A stretch of 58,487 nucleotides of DNA from Gemmatimonadales bacterium (GTDB lineage Bacteria > Gemmatimonadota > Gemmatimonadetes > Gemmatimonadales > Gemmatimonadaceae): NCBI GenBank assembly GCA_038232435.1, contig JBBSHV010000001.1, positions 1 to 58,487 on the forward strand. Reading direction: 5' to 3'. Shown here one piece after another: positions 1 to 9,480 of the stretch. A model generated the notes under the pieces. That model had not been told where the DNA came from. It saw only the letters and a list, made by a program, of their open reading frames with translations, and did not search any database. Numbering within the stretch: the stretch's first letter is position 1; each line of letters starts with the position of its first letter. A program made the translations under genes and the position numbers.

Positions 1-764
1 AGCTCCGCGAGCCGCGTGGCCATGGAGTCGAAGCTCGTCGCCAGGCGCCCGAACTCGTCCGGCCGATCTGTCGGCGTTCGAAGCTTGTGGGCGAACTGTC
101 CGCCGGCGACGGCCTGCAGTCCGGCTTCGAGGTCGTACACGGGTCCGCTTATGGATCGAATTACCCAGACGCTGATGAGTCCCGCTAGCAAGAGAGCGAT
201 GATCATGGCGGTCACGGCGGCGCGACGCGCGGCCTCGGTCTCGTCGCTCGCGGCGCTCACCCGGTCGCGCGTGCGAGTGCGAAGGAGCTGCTCCGCAGAC
301 GCGATCGTCTGATCGATGACGTTGATGCGTGGCCGCACCCATTGTGATGAGATGACCTCCGCGTCGGCGGCCGAGCCGGACGCGGCTTGAAGATATTCTT
401 CTTCGGTCAGGACGGTGAGTGAGTCGAAGCCCAATCTCACGCCGGTCGCTGCAGCTCCCAATGAGTATCCGTCCAGCGAGTCCGCCATCTGGCGCATGTT
501 CGTCAACTCGCTCGCCATTCTGTCGCGACTCACGCTGTCGTGCACGAAGAGCAGCGCATCCTCCGCGCGGCGCAGCCCATCGGTGCGCTCGCGAAGGCGG
601 CCGATGAGGAGCGATGCGGCGAACGCGCCGTTCCGAAGATCAAGGGTGGTCTGGTGCACGCGCTCCAGCGATCGAACGGCGATGAGGAGCGGCACCGCTA
701 GCACCAGCGCGATTCCGATCGTACCGATGATTAGCCGGCCGCGCACTGTCAGCGTTCGCTTCAC
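1..764 (-). CDS. HAMP-domain membrane sensor, N-terminal part (probable sensor histidine kinase or chemoreceptor); 3' end runs off the window
   Basis: Not in the ORF track because it is open at the window edge. Minus-strand translation from GTG at 764 gives VKRTLTVRGRLIIGTIGIALVLAVPLLIAV (TM1), then about 170 aa, then AAVTAMIIALLLAGLISVWVI (TM2). This is followed by RSISGPVYDLEAGLQAVAGGQFAHKLRTPTDRPDEFGRLATSFDSMATRLAEL, a typical HAMP linker. The frame stays open to base 1. Confidence 0.6.
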   Translation of the reverse strand, partial: MKRTLTVRGRLIIGTIGIALVLAVPLLIAVRSLERVHQTTLDLRNGAFAASLLIGRLRERTDGLRRAEDALLFVHDSVSRDRMASELTNMRQMADSLDGYSLGAAATGVRLGFDSLTVLTEEEYLQAASGSAADAEVISSQWVRPRINVIDQTIASAEQLLRTRTRDRVSAASDETEAARRAAVTAMIIALLLAGLISVWVIRSISGPVYDLEAGLQAVAGGQFAHKLRTPTDRPDEFGRLATSFDSMATRLAE

Positions 765-829
765 GCGCGGTTGCCCCGCCGCCTGGCGCGGCGTATTGTA
801 TCAGGCTGCATACGTCTCTATATCGTCCA

Positions 830-2131
830 ATGTCATCCCCATATCAATCAATATCCAGCCTCGCGCAGCACGTCGGTGAGACAGTGCGCGTACGCGGCTG
901 GGTCACGCACCTTCGGTCGTCCGGGAAAGTTGCCTTTGTCGTGTTGCGCGACGGTAGTGGCACGCTGCAATGCGTCGTGGTACAGAAGCTCGTGGCGCCG
1001 GAAGACTGGGCTGTGTATCAGCGCCTGTCCCTGGAAGCCTCGGTGGAGGTGGAGGGTGAAATTCGGGCTGATGACCGCGCTCCCGGCGGTGTCGAGATTG
1101 GGGTCACAAACGTGATGCTGCTCGGTGAGAGTGGCGCCGAGTATCCGATTCAGCCCAAAGAACACGGGATCGATTTTCTGCTGGACCATCGCCATCTGTG
1201 GCTGCGCAGTCCGCGCCAGGTGGCGATTGCGAAGGTGCGGGCCGAGATCGAACAGGCGCTGAACGACTTTTTCTACGAACGTGATTTCGTCCGGGTGGAC
1301 ACACCGATTCTTACCGGCGCGATCGGGGAGCGGAGCGGGCTGTTCTCGACGGAGTACTTCGACGAGGGGACCGCTTATCTGGCGCAGACCGGGCAGCTTT
1401 ATGGTGAAGCGGCCGCGGCGGCGCTAGGGAAAATCTACACCTTTGGGCCCACTTTCAGGGCGGAGAAGTCCAAGACGCGGCGGCATCTCACTGAATTCTG
1501 GATGCTGGAGCCGGAGATGGCCTTCTACGATTCCGCTGACAGCATGCGGCTGCAGGAGGAGATGGTGGAGTATGTGGTTGGACGTTGTCTGGAGCGTCGA
1601 GCCGCGGACCTCACCGCGCTGGAACGCGACCTGAGCAAGCTGGAAGGCGTGCGCACTCCGTTTCCCCGGGTTGACTACGGCGACGCGGTTACAACGCTCC
1701 AGTCCAAGGGGAGCACGATCCAGTGGGGCGACGATCTGGGCGCCGAGGATGAGGCACTACTCGTGGCGGATTACGACAGGCCGATCTTCGTGGTGAACTA
1801 TCCAAAGGAGGCGAAGGCATTCTATATGAAGGAAAATCCGGCCGATCCCCGCACGGTTCTATGCAGCGACATGCTTGCCCCGGAAGGGTATGGGGAGATG
1901 ATCGGAGGGTCGCAACGCGAGGACGATCACGACCGACTGGTGCAGCGGATCAGGGAAGAGGGGCTGCCGCTGGAGGTGTACGACTGGTATCTGGATCTGC
2001 GCAAGTACGGGACGTTCGTGCACTCGGGCTTCGGGCTCGGGCTGGAACGGACAGTGGCGTGGATCTGCGGGCTGCCGCACGTGCGCGAGGCGATAGCATT
2101 CCCGCGGATGATGTACCGGTTGCGTCCGTAG
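830..2131 (+). CDS. asnS: asparagine--tRNA ligase (Thermus/archaeal-type, about 430 aa)
   Basis: 433 aa ORF. Class II aaRS motifs are present: FRAEKSKTRRHLTEFWMLEPE, GYGEMIGGSQRE, HSGFGLGLERTVAWICGLPHVREAIAFPR. Near-collinear with AsnRS as I remember it. Confidence 0.9.
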   Translation: MSSPYQSISSLAQHVGETVRVRGWVTHLRSSGKVAFVVLRDGSGTLQCVVVQKLVAPEDWAVYQRLSLEASVEVEGEIRADDRAPGGVEIGVTNVMLLGESGAEYPIQPKEHGIDFLLDHRHLWLRSPRQVAIAKVRAEIEQALNDFFYERDFVRVDTPILTGAIGERSGLFSTEYFDEGTAYLAQTGQLYGEAAAAALGKIYTFGPTFRAEKSKTRRHLTEFWMLEPEMAFYDSADSMRLQEEMVEYVVGRCLERRAADLTALERDLSKLEGVRTPFPRVDYGDAVTTLQSKGSTIQWGDDLGAEDEALLVADYDRPIFVVNYPKEAKAFYMKENPADPRTVLCSDMLAPEGYGEMIGGSQREDDHDRLVQRIREEGLPLEVYDWYLDLRKYGTFVHSGFGLGLERTVAWICGLPHVREAIAFPRMMYRLRP

Positions 2132-2219
2132 ACGACGGGGCGGGGCGTGGTTTCGATCGCGCCTATCAGGGTTTCAACTGCGGCCATGAAAAAGCGATGC
2201 TACGCGTTCATCAAAATAA

Positions 2220-2252
2220 GGCGCGGCTTGAGCCGTGGCCTACAGCCGCGCC
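2220..2252. terminator. hairpin between convergent asnS and mazG (GGCGCGGCT..15 nt..AGCCGCGCC)
   Basis: 9-bp GC-rich inverted repeat directly abutting the mazG stop codon (2253-2255). It is flanked by ATCAAAATAA on +, which is a U-rich tail for the minus-strand transcript. Confidence 0.5.
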
Positions 2253-3041
2253 CTACGGCGACTCCGTCGCCTTCACGGCGTTCCACATCTCGTCCAGCTG
2301 GGTTGGGGTTGCGGTGATCATGGGGACACCGCGTTCGCGCGCCATGCGCTCCACGGCTTCGAAGCGGCGCTGGAATTTGGCATTGGCATGATCCAGGGCG
2401 AGCGCAGGATGAACGTGCGCCATGCGGCACAGATTGACGCACGAAAAGAGAAGATCGCCGAGTTCGTCGCTGATCTGGGCGTGTCGCTCGTCCATGACAG
2501 CGGCGCCGGCCGAGCCGATGCGTGGCGCTTCCTCTTCCAGCAGCTCGCGCGCCTCCTGAAGCTCCTCGGCGACCTTTTCGGCGGCGCCTTGCCAGTCAGG
2601 CCAGTCAAAGCCAACGCCGGCGGCGCGGTCCTGTAGCCGCTGCGCACGATGCAGCGATGGCAGTGTGGTCGGTAACCCTTCGCCGAGAGATTCGCGGCGC
2701 TTGGATTTCATACGCTCCCACGGCTGCTTTACACCGTCGCCGTACAGGTGCGGGTGACGGCCCTTCATCTTGGTGATCAGGCCGTCCGCGACGTCTCCAA
2801 AGCTGAACGCGCCACGCTCCTCGGCCAGCACCGAGTGGAAGAGGACCTGCAGCAGGACGTCGCCAAGCTCCTCGCGCATGAGCACGTCGTCCCGCAACTG
2901 CAGCGCCTCGTGCAGCTCGTGCGCTTCCTCGATGAGGTAGGGGCGCAGCGATTCGTGGCTCTGCGCCGCGTCCCAATCGCAACGTTTGCGCAGATCACGC
3001 ATGAGTTCCAGCGTTTCGGCGAGACCAGCGGGTGATGACAT
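2253..3041 (-). CDS. mazG: nucleoside triphosphate pyrophosphohydrolase MazG (two-domain type)
   Basis: 262 aa. Contains LRKRCDWDAAQSHESLRPYLIEEAHELHEA and a second EELGDLLF-type repeat (DELGDLLFSCVNL), the classic MazG EExxE/D motifs. Confidence 0.9.
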   Translation of the reverse strand: MSSPAGLAETLELMRDLRKRCDWDAAQSHESLRPYLIEEAHELHEALQLRDDVLMREELGDVLLQVLFHSVLAEERGAFSFGDVADGLITKMKGRHPHLYGDGVKQPWERMKSKRRESLGEGLPTTLPSLHRAQRLQDRAAGVGFDWPDWQGAAEKVAEELQEARELLEEEAPRIGSAGAAVMDERHAQISDELGDLLFSCVNLCRMAHVHPALALDHANAKFQRRFEAVERMARERGVPMITATPTQLDEMWNAVKATESP

Positions 3042-4159
3042 TATCTTTCAAGACTGTGGATGGGAAACAAATATACCAAGCGCCGTCGCGTGCCTGGCTC
3101 GACCTGGATCTTGCCGCGCTGCGTCGAAACGCGGATGCGCTCGCTCGGCGTGCCGGTGTGCCACTCATTCCGATGGTCAAGGCCGACGGCTATGGCGTTG
3201 GCGCCGGACCCGTGGTTGCTACCCTGGAGCCAACCGACCCGTGGGGATACGGCGTCGCTACGGTGCGCGAGGGCTCCGGTCTGCGCCGGCTCGGCGTGCG
3301 ACGCCCGATAATCGTGTTCACCCCGATGCTGGCGTCGGATTTCAAGGAAGCCAGCGCCGCCGATCTCACGCCAACACTGTGCTCCGCGGAGGCGATCCAG
3401 GAATGGAGCAAAACTGGAGGCCCGTATCACCTCGCGATCGACACGGGGATGAATCGCTCCGGTGTGTGCTGGAGAGATGTGTCGGCGGTTGCGGCGGCTG
3501 TACAAGCATATCCACCCGCGGGCGCGTATACCCACTTCCATTCCGCCGAGCTGGATGATGGTAGCTCAGCGGTACAGGAAGAGCGCTTTCGCACCGCGCT
3601 GCGTATGCTGGGCACCAAGGTTCCCTTCGTCCATACCGCAAACAGCGCGTCCATCGTACGTGGGGGAGCCGAGGGCTGGGATGCTGTTCGCCCTGGCGTT
3701 TTTCTATATGGGGTGGGAAGCGGATCAACCGTTGGGATGCGACCGGACCCGGTGGTCCATTTGAGGGCGCGCGTGGTGGAGCTGCGGGAGCTGGGAGCCG
3801 GTGAGACCGTCAGCTACGGCGCGACGTACGTCGCCCCCGGTGCAGAAACGATCGCGACCGTGGCTGCCGGTTACGGCGACGGCTATCCCAGAGCATTATC
3901 GAACCGGGGATCGGCGCTCCTCAATGGCGCGCCGGTCCCGGTGCGTGGACTCGTAACGATGGACATGACCATGTTTGACGTCAGCCATACTCAGTGTCAG
4001 GTCGGCGATATCGTCACGCTTATCGGGAGTGATTCTGGGAACACGCTCACGGTAGAGGACGTGGCCCATGCGGCCCAGATGTCACCGTACGAAGTGCTCA
4101 CCGGACTCTCGCCGCGGCTGGACCGCTGCCATCACGGCGATATCGGTGCCGCGGTATGA
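3032..4159 (+). CDS. alr: alanine racemase
   Basis: 375 aa. Contains PMVKADGYGVG (PLP-lysine motif), YTHF, and the C-terminal VSYGATY...GYGDGYPR motif. The start could be GTG 3032, ATG 3035 or GTG 3056. Confidence 0.9.
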   Translation: MMTLSFKTVDGKQIYQAPSRAWLDLDLAALRRNADALARRAGVPLIPMVKADGYGVGAGPVVATLEPTDPWGYGVATVREGSGLRRLGVRRPIIVFTPMLASDFKEASAADLTPTLCSAEAIQEWSKTGGPYHLAIDTGMNRSGVCWRDVSAVAAAVQAYPPAGAYTHFHSAELDDGSSAVQEERFRTALRMLGTKVPFVHTANSASIVRGGAEGWDAVRPGVFLYGVGSGSTVGMRPDPVVHLRARVVELRELGAGETVSYGATYVAPGAETIATVAAGYGDGYPRALSNRGSALLNGAPVPVRGLVTMDMTMFDVSHTQCQVGDIVTLIGSDSGNTLTVEDVAHAAQMSPYEVLTGLSPRLDRCHHGDIGAAV

Positions 4160-5337
4160 GCAAGCGAGCGGTAATTCTGGTGCTCGACGGCGTAGGGATG
4201 GGTGAAGCTCCGGACGCGGAAAATTACGGCGACCGCGGAAGTGACACGCTGGCGCACGTGGTAGCGGAGGTGGGCTCGAATGGTACTGAAGTACGGCTTG
4301 AGAATTTGGTTGAATGTGGCATAGGCAACATCAAAACGATCAATGAATTGCACTCTGTGACATCACCCGCTGGTGCGTTCGGTATGATGTCTCCAGCATC
4401 CGCGGGCAAGGATAGCACGACAGGCCACTGGGAGATTGCCGGCGTGCATCTGGCGAGCCCTTTTCCGACTTACCCGCACGGCTTTCCGGAACCGGTGCTA
4501 GCGGAGTTCGCGCGGCTGACCGGGCGAGGAGTAACAGCGAACGTCGTGGGAAGTGGGACGGATGTACTCGCCGAGTTCGGAGAGGAGCACCTGCGCACCG
4601 GCGCGTGGATCGTGTACACTTCCGCGGATTCGGTCTTCCAGATTGCCGCGCATGAAGCGGTCGTTCCGCTGCCCGAATTGTATGCGGCGTGTGAGACTGC
4701 TCGTGCCATGCTGGTGCCGCCGAACGATGTGTCCAGGGTGATAGCGCGGCCTTTCGTCGGTGAGCCGGGCGCATTCCGGAGGACGGCCAACCGCCGGGAT
4801 TTTTCAGTGCAGCCACCCGCGGAGACGCTGCTGGACGCGCTGGAGCATGGCGGGATCGCGCGCGCGGGCGTCGGCAAGATCGATGATCTATTCGCCGGCC
4901 GCGGGATTCGGTCGCGACATACGGCGTCCAACGCTGAAGGGATCCAGCTCATCCAGGAGTGGGTCGAGAGTGACAGCGACGGGCTTCTATTTGCGAACTT
5001 GGTAGATTTCGACCAGTTGTACGGCCACCGGAACGACTCGTGTGGCTTTTACGGCGCGTTGCGCGAGTTCGACGCGGCGCTTCCGTCACTCCGACGAGCC
5101 CTACGCCAGGACGATCTGCTGTTCATCACCGCCGACCACGGCAACGATCCCACGACGCCTTCAACCAATCACGCACGCGAAAACGTGCCGCTCCTGGTGC
5201 TCGGTCCCCGCGCCAGCGCGGGCACGGCGCTGGGCAGGCGAGATACCTTTTCCGACCTCGGTGCCACGGTGGCCGACTGGCTCGGCGTTCCGTTCAGAGG
5301 CGCGGGGCAATCGTTCCTCGGCGAGGTAGCAGCTTGA
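4156..5337 (+). CDS. deoB: phosphopentomutase
   Basis: 393 aa. Contains VILVLDGVGMGEAPDA...GSDTL, DFDQLYGHRND and ITADHGNDPT. ATGA overlap with the alr stop. Confidence 0.9.
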   Translation: MSKRAVILVLDGVGMGEAPDAENYGDRGSDTLAHVVAEVGSNGTEVRLENLVECGIGNIKTINELHSVTSPAGAFGMMSPASAGKDSTTGHWEIAGVHLASPFPTYPHGFPEPVLAEFARLTGRGVTANVVGSGTDVLAEFGEEHLRTGAWIVYTSADSVFQIAAHEAVVPLPELYAACETARAMLVPPNDVSRVIARPFVGEPGAFRRTANRRDFSVQPPAETLLDALEHGGIARAGVGKIDDLFAGRGIRSRHTASNAEGIQLIQEWVESDSDGLLFANLVDFDQLYGHRNDSCGFYGALREFDAALPSLRRALRQDDLLFITADHGNDPTTPSTNHARENVPLLVLGPRASAGTALGRRDTFSDLGATVADWLGVPFRGAGQSFLGEVAA

Positions 5338-5768
5338 GTGCCGAGACGCTGAGCGAAGGAATCGGGCGAGATAGCTCGCTCCGAGCGGTCGCCGAGGGTG
5401 CGATGTCACACGCGTACGCGCCGTATTCGAACTTTCGGGTGGGCGCGGCGGTAAAGAGCGGCGATGGGCGGGTCTTCGCTGGTGCCAACGTCGAAAACGC
5501 GTCTTACGGATTAGGTATGTGCGCCGAGCGCTCGGCGATCGCGACGGCGGTGACCGCCGGCGCTCGAACGTTCGATGCTCTGGCGCTCGTGAGCGACGCC
5601 GATGGACCGGTGTCACCCTGTGGCGCGTGCAGGCAGGTACTGGCGGAGTTCGCGCCCGATCTGCGAATTACCAGTTATGGACTGAATGGCGAGATAGCCG
5701 AGTGGACCGTTGCGGAGCTGTTGCCGCACCAGTTCAGACTCAACCAAGGCAACGAGACAAGCAAGTGA
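5334..5768 (+). CDS. cdd: cytidine deaminase
   Basis: Lies in the frame of ORF 5040..5768. Contains AYAPYSNFRVGAA, CAERSAI and PCGACRQ zinc motifs. Start chosen at TTG 5334, overlapping the deoB TGA; ATG at the AEGAMSHAY position is an alternative. Confidence 0.85.
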   Translation: MSAETLSEGIGRDSSLRAVAEGAMSHAYAPYSNFRVGAAVKSGDGRVFAGANVENASYGLGMCAERSAIATAVTAGARTFDALALVSDADGPVSPCGACRQVLAEFAPDLRITSYGLNGEIAEWTVAELLPHQFRLNQGNETSK

Positions 5769-7057
5769 CTTTGAATAGATGGGGGCTGTCGCGCGGATGT
5801 GCGTCGCTTGCCGGCGTGCTCCTGGCGGGCGTTCTGTTCGCCGCGTGTGGTGAGAAGCTTGACGGGAGCGCCGCGTGCCCGATCACGTGCATCGATGCCG
5901 CGGCGCAAGTGCAGACCGTTGTGCTGGATGCCGTTTCGAGCACTGCGACGGTACCGGGCGGACTCGGGAAGGGAACCGAGACTCGAATGTTGCTGTCCAG
6001 CCGTGGTGACACATTGGACACTCGCGTCATCGTACGTTTCGATACGTTGCCGAGCCGGAGCCAGCCGAAGTCAGGTGACACCACGACGACCGCAATCAAC
6101 ATGGCCGACAGTGTGTACCTCAAGCTTCACATTGACAGCACGGCGGCCAAGGCGAACATCCCGGTGACGCTGTCGCTTTACGACGTGGATACGTCCGCGC
6201 CGAACGACACGTCGGCTTCGGTGCTGGCGCCGCTGTTCGTGCCGAGCCGCCTCATCGTGTCGCAGCAGTTTGCGGCTGGGGCTCTTGCCGACTCGGTGAG
6301 TATCCGATTGCCCAATAGTGTAGTGCTGGCCAAAGCTCGCGCTGGACAACGTCTGCGGCTCGGCGTCCGGGTTGGCGCCGCTCGGTCAGTGTCCCTGCGC
6401 ATCGCGTCGTCCGAAGTCACGATCGGGCCAATGCTGTCGCTCCGGACATCGGCGGATACGGCGATCAAGCCGGTCACGCTCACGCCTTACTCAGCCACAC
6501 CGGCCGACAATCGATCGATCGCGCAAAGTCTGGCAGATTTCACCGTCGTGGTTATCGGAACTCCGCCGCCGTCGGCAGGGTTGCTGGCCGTGGGCGGATT
6601 GCCCGCGACGCGTGGTTATCTGCGGTTCGAGATTCCGTCGCGAATCGTGGACTCCTCGCTCGTGGTCCGCGCGACGTTGGTGCTGACGCAACGAGCCAGT
6701 GCATCGCCGGATCCAGCGGACACCATGCTGGTGCGCCCGTTCCTGGTACTCGCCGGCGCGTCCGTGACGGACCCGACCAAGGCGGCGCAGATCATTGCTT
6801 CGGACACCACCCAATTCGCCGCGCTGCGTACAATTCCCGGCGCATCAGGGGTGCGAGAGATCGAGATCGCTCCCGCGTTTGCATTCTGGTCGGTGCAGAC
6901 TGATGCGCAGCTTCCGCGCGCGATAACGCTACGAAGCGCGCAGGAGGACTTTTCGCCGCAACAGACGTTGTTCTACTCCAGCAGCGCCGCGGACCCGGCG
7001 TTGCGTCCGAAGCTGCGCATCAGCTACACCTTCCGCTCCCGAATCGGCATCCCATGA
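5765..7057 (+). CDS. hypothetical lipoprotein (possible DNRLRE/carbohydrate-binding-like beta-sandwich)
   Basis: Lies in the frame of ORF 5519..7057. GTG 5765 overlaps the cdd stop (GTGA). The N-terminus is VTLNRWGLSRGCASLAGVLLAGVLFAAC, a signal peptide plus lipobox. The rest is S/T/A/V-rich and beta-strand-like, ending ...ALRPKLRISYTFRSRIGIP. Confidence 0.6.
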   Translation: MTLNRWGLSRGCASLAGVLLAGVLFAACGEKLDGSAACPITCIDAAAQVQTVVLDAVSSTATVPGGLGKGTETRMLLSSRGDTLDTRVIVRFDTLPSRSQPKSGDTTTTAINMADSVYLKLHIDSTAAKANIPVTLSLYDVDTSAPNDTSASVLAPLFVPSRLIVSQQFAAGALADSVSIRLPNSVVLAKARAGQRLRLGVRVGAARSVSLRIASSEVTIGPMLSLRTSADTAIKPVTLTPYSATPADNRSIAQSLADFTVVVIGTPPPSAGLLAVGGLPATRGYLRFEIPSRIVDSSLVVRATLVLTQRASASPDPADTMLVRPFLVLAGASVTDPTKAAQIIASDTTQFAALRTIPGASGVREIEIAPAFAFWSVQTDAQLPRAITLRSAQEDFSPQQTLFYSSSAADPALRPKLRISYTFRSRIGIP

Positions 7058-8205
7058 AGTGCAGCACTGGTGTAGTCATCATCTGTACAGCAATATGTTC
7101 AGCGGTTGTGGCGGGCTCGGCCCGTGCGCAGGGAACGTTGAGCTCGCAGTCCCTCGGCTATCCGCCGGGCCAACTGAGCACGCGGGCGCAGGGAACGGCT
7201 GGAGCACTGGGCGACATCGACGCCCGCTCGCCCATCAACCCAGCCGCGCTGGTCCTGAGGCCGGTGCCGCAGATCTATGCCCAGTACGACCCGGAGCTGC
7301 GCTCCGTGACTGGGCCGACCGGCACGGCAAGGACGACTACGGCGCGGTTTCCGAACTTTGGAGCGGTGCTGCCCCTTTACGGGCGCTTCGTTATGGGAGT
7401 TGGCGCGTCCACTCTGCTGGATCGGACGTGGGCCACTCAAACTGAGAAAACGCAAATGTTGGGCACCGACGCCGTTGCGTCGACGGAATCGCTCAGGAGT
7501 GAGGGCGGCATCACCGACCTCCACCTGGCGGCGGGATACACGCCGATTGGCAGATTGCGCGTGGGGCTCGGTCTGCACGGCTACACCGGGTCCACGCGCG
7601 TGACGGCACGCGACATTTTCGCGGACACGCTGCGGTACCGGAACATAAGTCAGACGACGCAGCTCAGCTATTCTGGCGCGGCCATCTCGGGTGGGGTCAT
7701 CCTCGACATCGTGCCCCAGTTGAGCGTTGCGGTCAGTGCACGCAAGGGTGGCAGCGCGACCATGTACGCGGGCGACTCTGTGCTTTCGCGCGGTCACATC
7801 CCCGATCGGTATTCGGGAACGGTCAGCTTTCAAGGGCTTCCTGGAACGCTCATCGCGGTCCGCGGATCGCGCGAGCGATGGACGGAAATTGCCTCGTTGA
7901 GCACGCTCAAGTCGCCAGCGGTAGATGCCACGGATGTGAGCGCGGGTCTGGAGTCGGCGGGTCCGCGCGTTGGCGGATTGCCACTTCTGCTTCGCGCCGG
8001 CGTGCGACGCCGGACGCTCCCTTTCCCAGTTCCCGGCGTGGCGAACGATATTACCGAGACATCCTTCGGCGGCGGATTGGGCGTACCCATCGCGCTGGAT
8101 CGCGTAACGCTGGACCTGGCGGTGCTTCGAAGCTCGCGCAGTGGCGTGGCCGGTGTTGACGAGCACGCGTACAATCTCAGCTTCGGGCTCCAGGTGCACC
8201 CGTAG
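7054..8205 (+). CDS. hypothetical outer-membrane beta-barrel protein (FadL/PorV-like N-terminus)
   Basis: 383 aa. Signal peptide MKCSTGVVIICTAICSAVVAGSARAQG, then QSLGYPPGQLSTRAQGTAGALGDIDARSPINPAAL, which resembles the FadL/PorV-family N-terminal motif. Alternating beta-strand pattern throughout. ATGA overlap with the upstream lipoprotein. Confidence 0.6.
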   Translation: MKCSTGVVIICTAICSAVVAGSARAQGTLSSQSLGYPPGQLSTRAQGTAGALGDIDARSPINPAALVLRPVPQIYAQYDPELRSVTGPTGTARTTTARFPNFGAVLPLYGRFVMGVGASTLLDRTWATQTEKTQMLGTDAVASTESLRSEGGITDLHLAAGYTPIGRLRVGLGLHGYTGSTRVTARDIFADTLRYRNISQTTQLSYSGAAISGGVILDIVPQLSVAVSARKGGSATMYAGDSVLSRGHIPDRYSGTVSFQGLPGTLIAVRGSRERWTEIASLSTLKSPAVDATDVSAGLESAGPRVGGLPLLLRAGVRRRTLPFPVPGVANDITETSFGGGLGVPIALDRVTLDLAVLRSSRSGVAGVDEHAYNLSFGLQVHP

Positions 8206-8208
8206 AAA

Positions 8209-9369
8209 ATGACCAGGGTCGTGGACGCTGAGCCGCCGCTGATCCTCGTCGCCGACGACGTGCCGGCGAACGTGGAACTGCTCGCTGACCAGCTCCAAAC
8301 CCTCGGTTTCAGAACAGTTGGTGCCGTGGATGGACCGTCGGCGGTTGCCGCATGCGTGCAATACCGACCGGACCTGTGCATTCTCGATGTCGCGATGCCG
8401 GCTGGAGCCCTGGCGGTGGACGACCGCGGCACCGGCTTTGAGGTGTGCCGCCGCATAAAACGGGACTCTCGCACGGCACGCATCCCGGTCATCTTCGTGA
8501 CCGCGTTGAACGACACTTCCGACAGAGTGAAGGGGATCGAGGCCGGCGGCGATGACTTTCTGACCAAGCCGCACAACCGCCTGGTGCTCGGCGCGCGCGT
8601 GCGCAGTCTGCTAAAGCTCAAAGCGGCGACGGACGCGCTGGAGGAGAGCTACCGAAAATTGCGCGAGTTGGAAAAGGTGCGCGACGATCTCATGAAGATG
8701 ATCGTGCACGACCTCAAGACTCCGCTGACGGCGGTGGTCGCCACGCTGGAGATGGTGGCCGACGGAGATTTCGGACCGGTCACGCTGGACCAGAAGCACG
8801 CGCTCGGCGATGCCGAAGCGAAGTCGGAAGAGCTCCTGGCGCTGATCGGTGACCTGCTCGAGGTCGCCAAGGTCGAGGAGACGGGAATCGTTCTCGACAC
8901 GGAGCCAATTGCGCCCGGCGCATTCGTCGCTGAGCTGCTGCACGAGTGGCAGGTCCGCTTTACTCAAGACGACGCGGTGGTCGCGACGGCCGTTGCGGAC
9001 GACGCACCGACGTTCCAGGGAGACAAGCCGCTGCTTAAGCGCGTCTTCTCCAATCTTGTACAGAACGCGCTAACGCACTCGGGCCGCTCGATCGAGTTGA
9101 AGATCACCGCGCGCGGCTCGGACGACGGCATTCTGTTCGGCGTTCACGACAATGGCCCGGGCATTCCGGAAGAGTTTCAGGAACTGATCTTCCAGAAATT
9201 CGGGCGTGTGAAAACGGCGCACGTACCGCGCGTGCGGAGCTCCGGGCTGGGCCTGGCGTTCTGCAAGCTGGTGATCGACGCCCATGGGGGACGCATCTGG
9301 GTGCGCAGTGTCCCGGGTGAGGGAAGTGCCTTTTACGTCCAGCTACCGGCGCAGCACAGGCCGGTCTAG
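8209..9369 (+). CDS. hybrid response-regulator receiver / histidine kinase
   Basis: 386 aa. N-terminal REC domain (LILVADDVPANVELL...DLCILDVAMP...FLTKP), then HisKA H-box (MIVHDLKTPLTAV), then HATPase N/G boxes (NLVQNALTHS, DNGPGIP, GLGLAFCKLV). Confidence 0.85.
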   Translation: MTRVVDAEPPLILVADDVPANVELLADQLQTLGFRTVGAVDGPSAVAACVQYRPDLCILDVAMPAGALAVDDRGTGFEVCRRIKRDSRTARIPVIFVTALNDTSDRVKGIEAGGDDFLTKPHNRLVLGARVRSLLKLKAATDALEESYRKLRELEKVRDDLMKMIVHDLKTPLTAVVATLEMVADGDFGPVTLDQKHALGDAEAKSEELLALIGDLLEVAKVEETGIVLDTEPIAPGAFVAELLHEWQVRFTQDDAVVATAVADDAPTFQGDKPLLKRVFSNLVQNALTHSGRSIELKITARGSDDGILFGVHDNGPGIPEEFQELIFQKFGRVKTAHVPRVRSSGLGLAFCKLVIDAHGGRIWVRSVPGEGSAFYVQLPAQHRPV

Positions 9370-9480
9370 GCCGGAGTAGCACCAAAGCGTTCGGCACGCG
9401 CTTTGCCCTAGTATTGGAGCGACATGCCGCCCGCGATGGAGGCGGATCGGACCACGCAGTGCATCAATAAGGAGACTTTC

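Noticed and set aside
5519-5764. Upstream extension of the lipoprotein ORF (512-aa version)
   Set aside because: It overlaps the cdd coding region in another frame. GTG 5765 gives a proper signal peptide plus lipobox and a GTGA coupling to cdd.
7099-8574. 491-aa minus-strand ORF antisense to the outer-membrane protein and hybrid kinase genes
   Set aside because: The composition is extreme in Arg/Ala/Gly/His and lacks any motif. It exactly shadows two + strand genes that have clear signal-peptide and REC/HK motifs. This is a typical high-GC antisense ORF.
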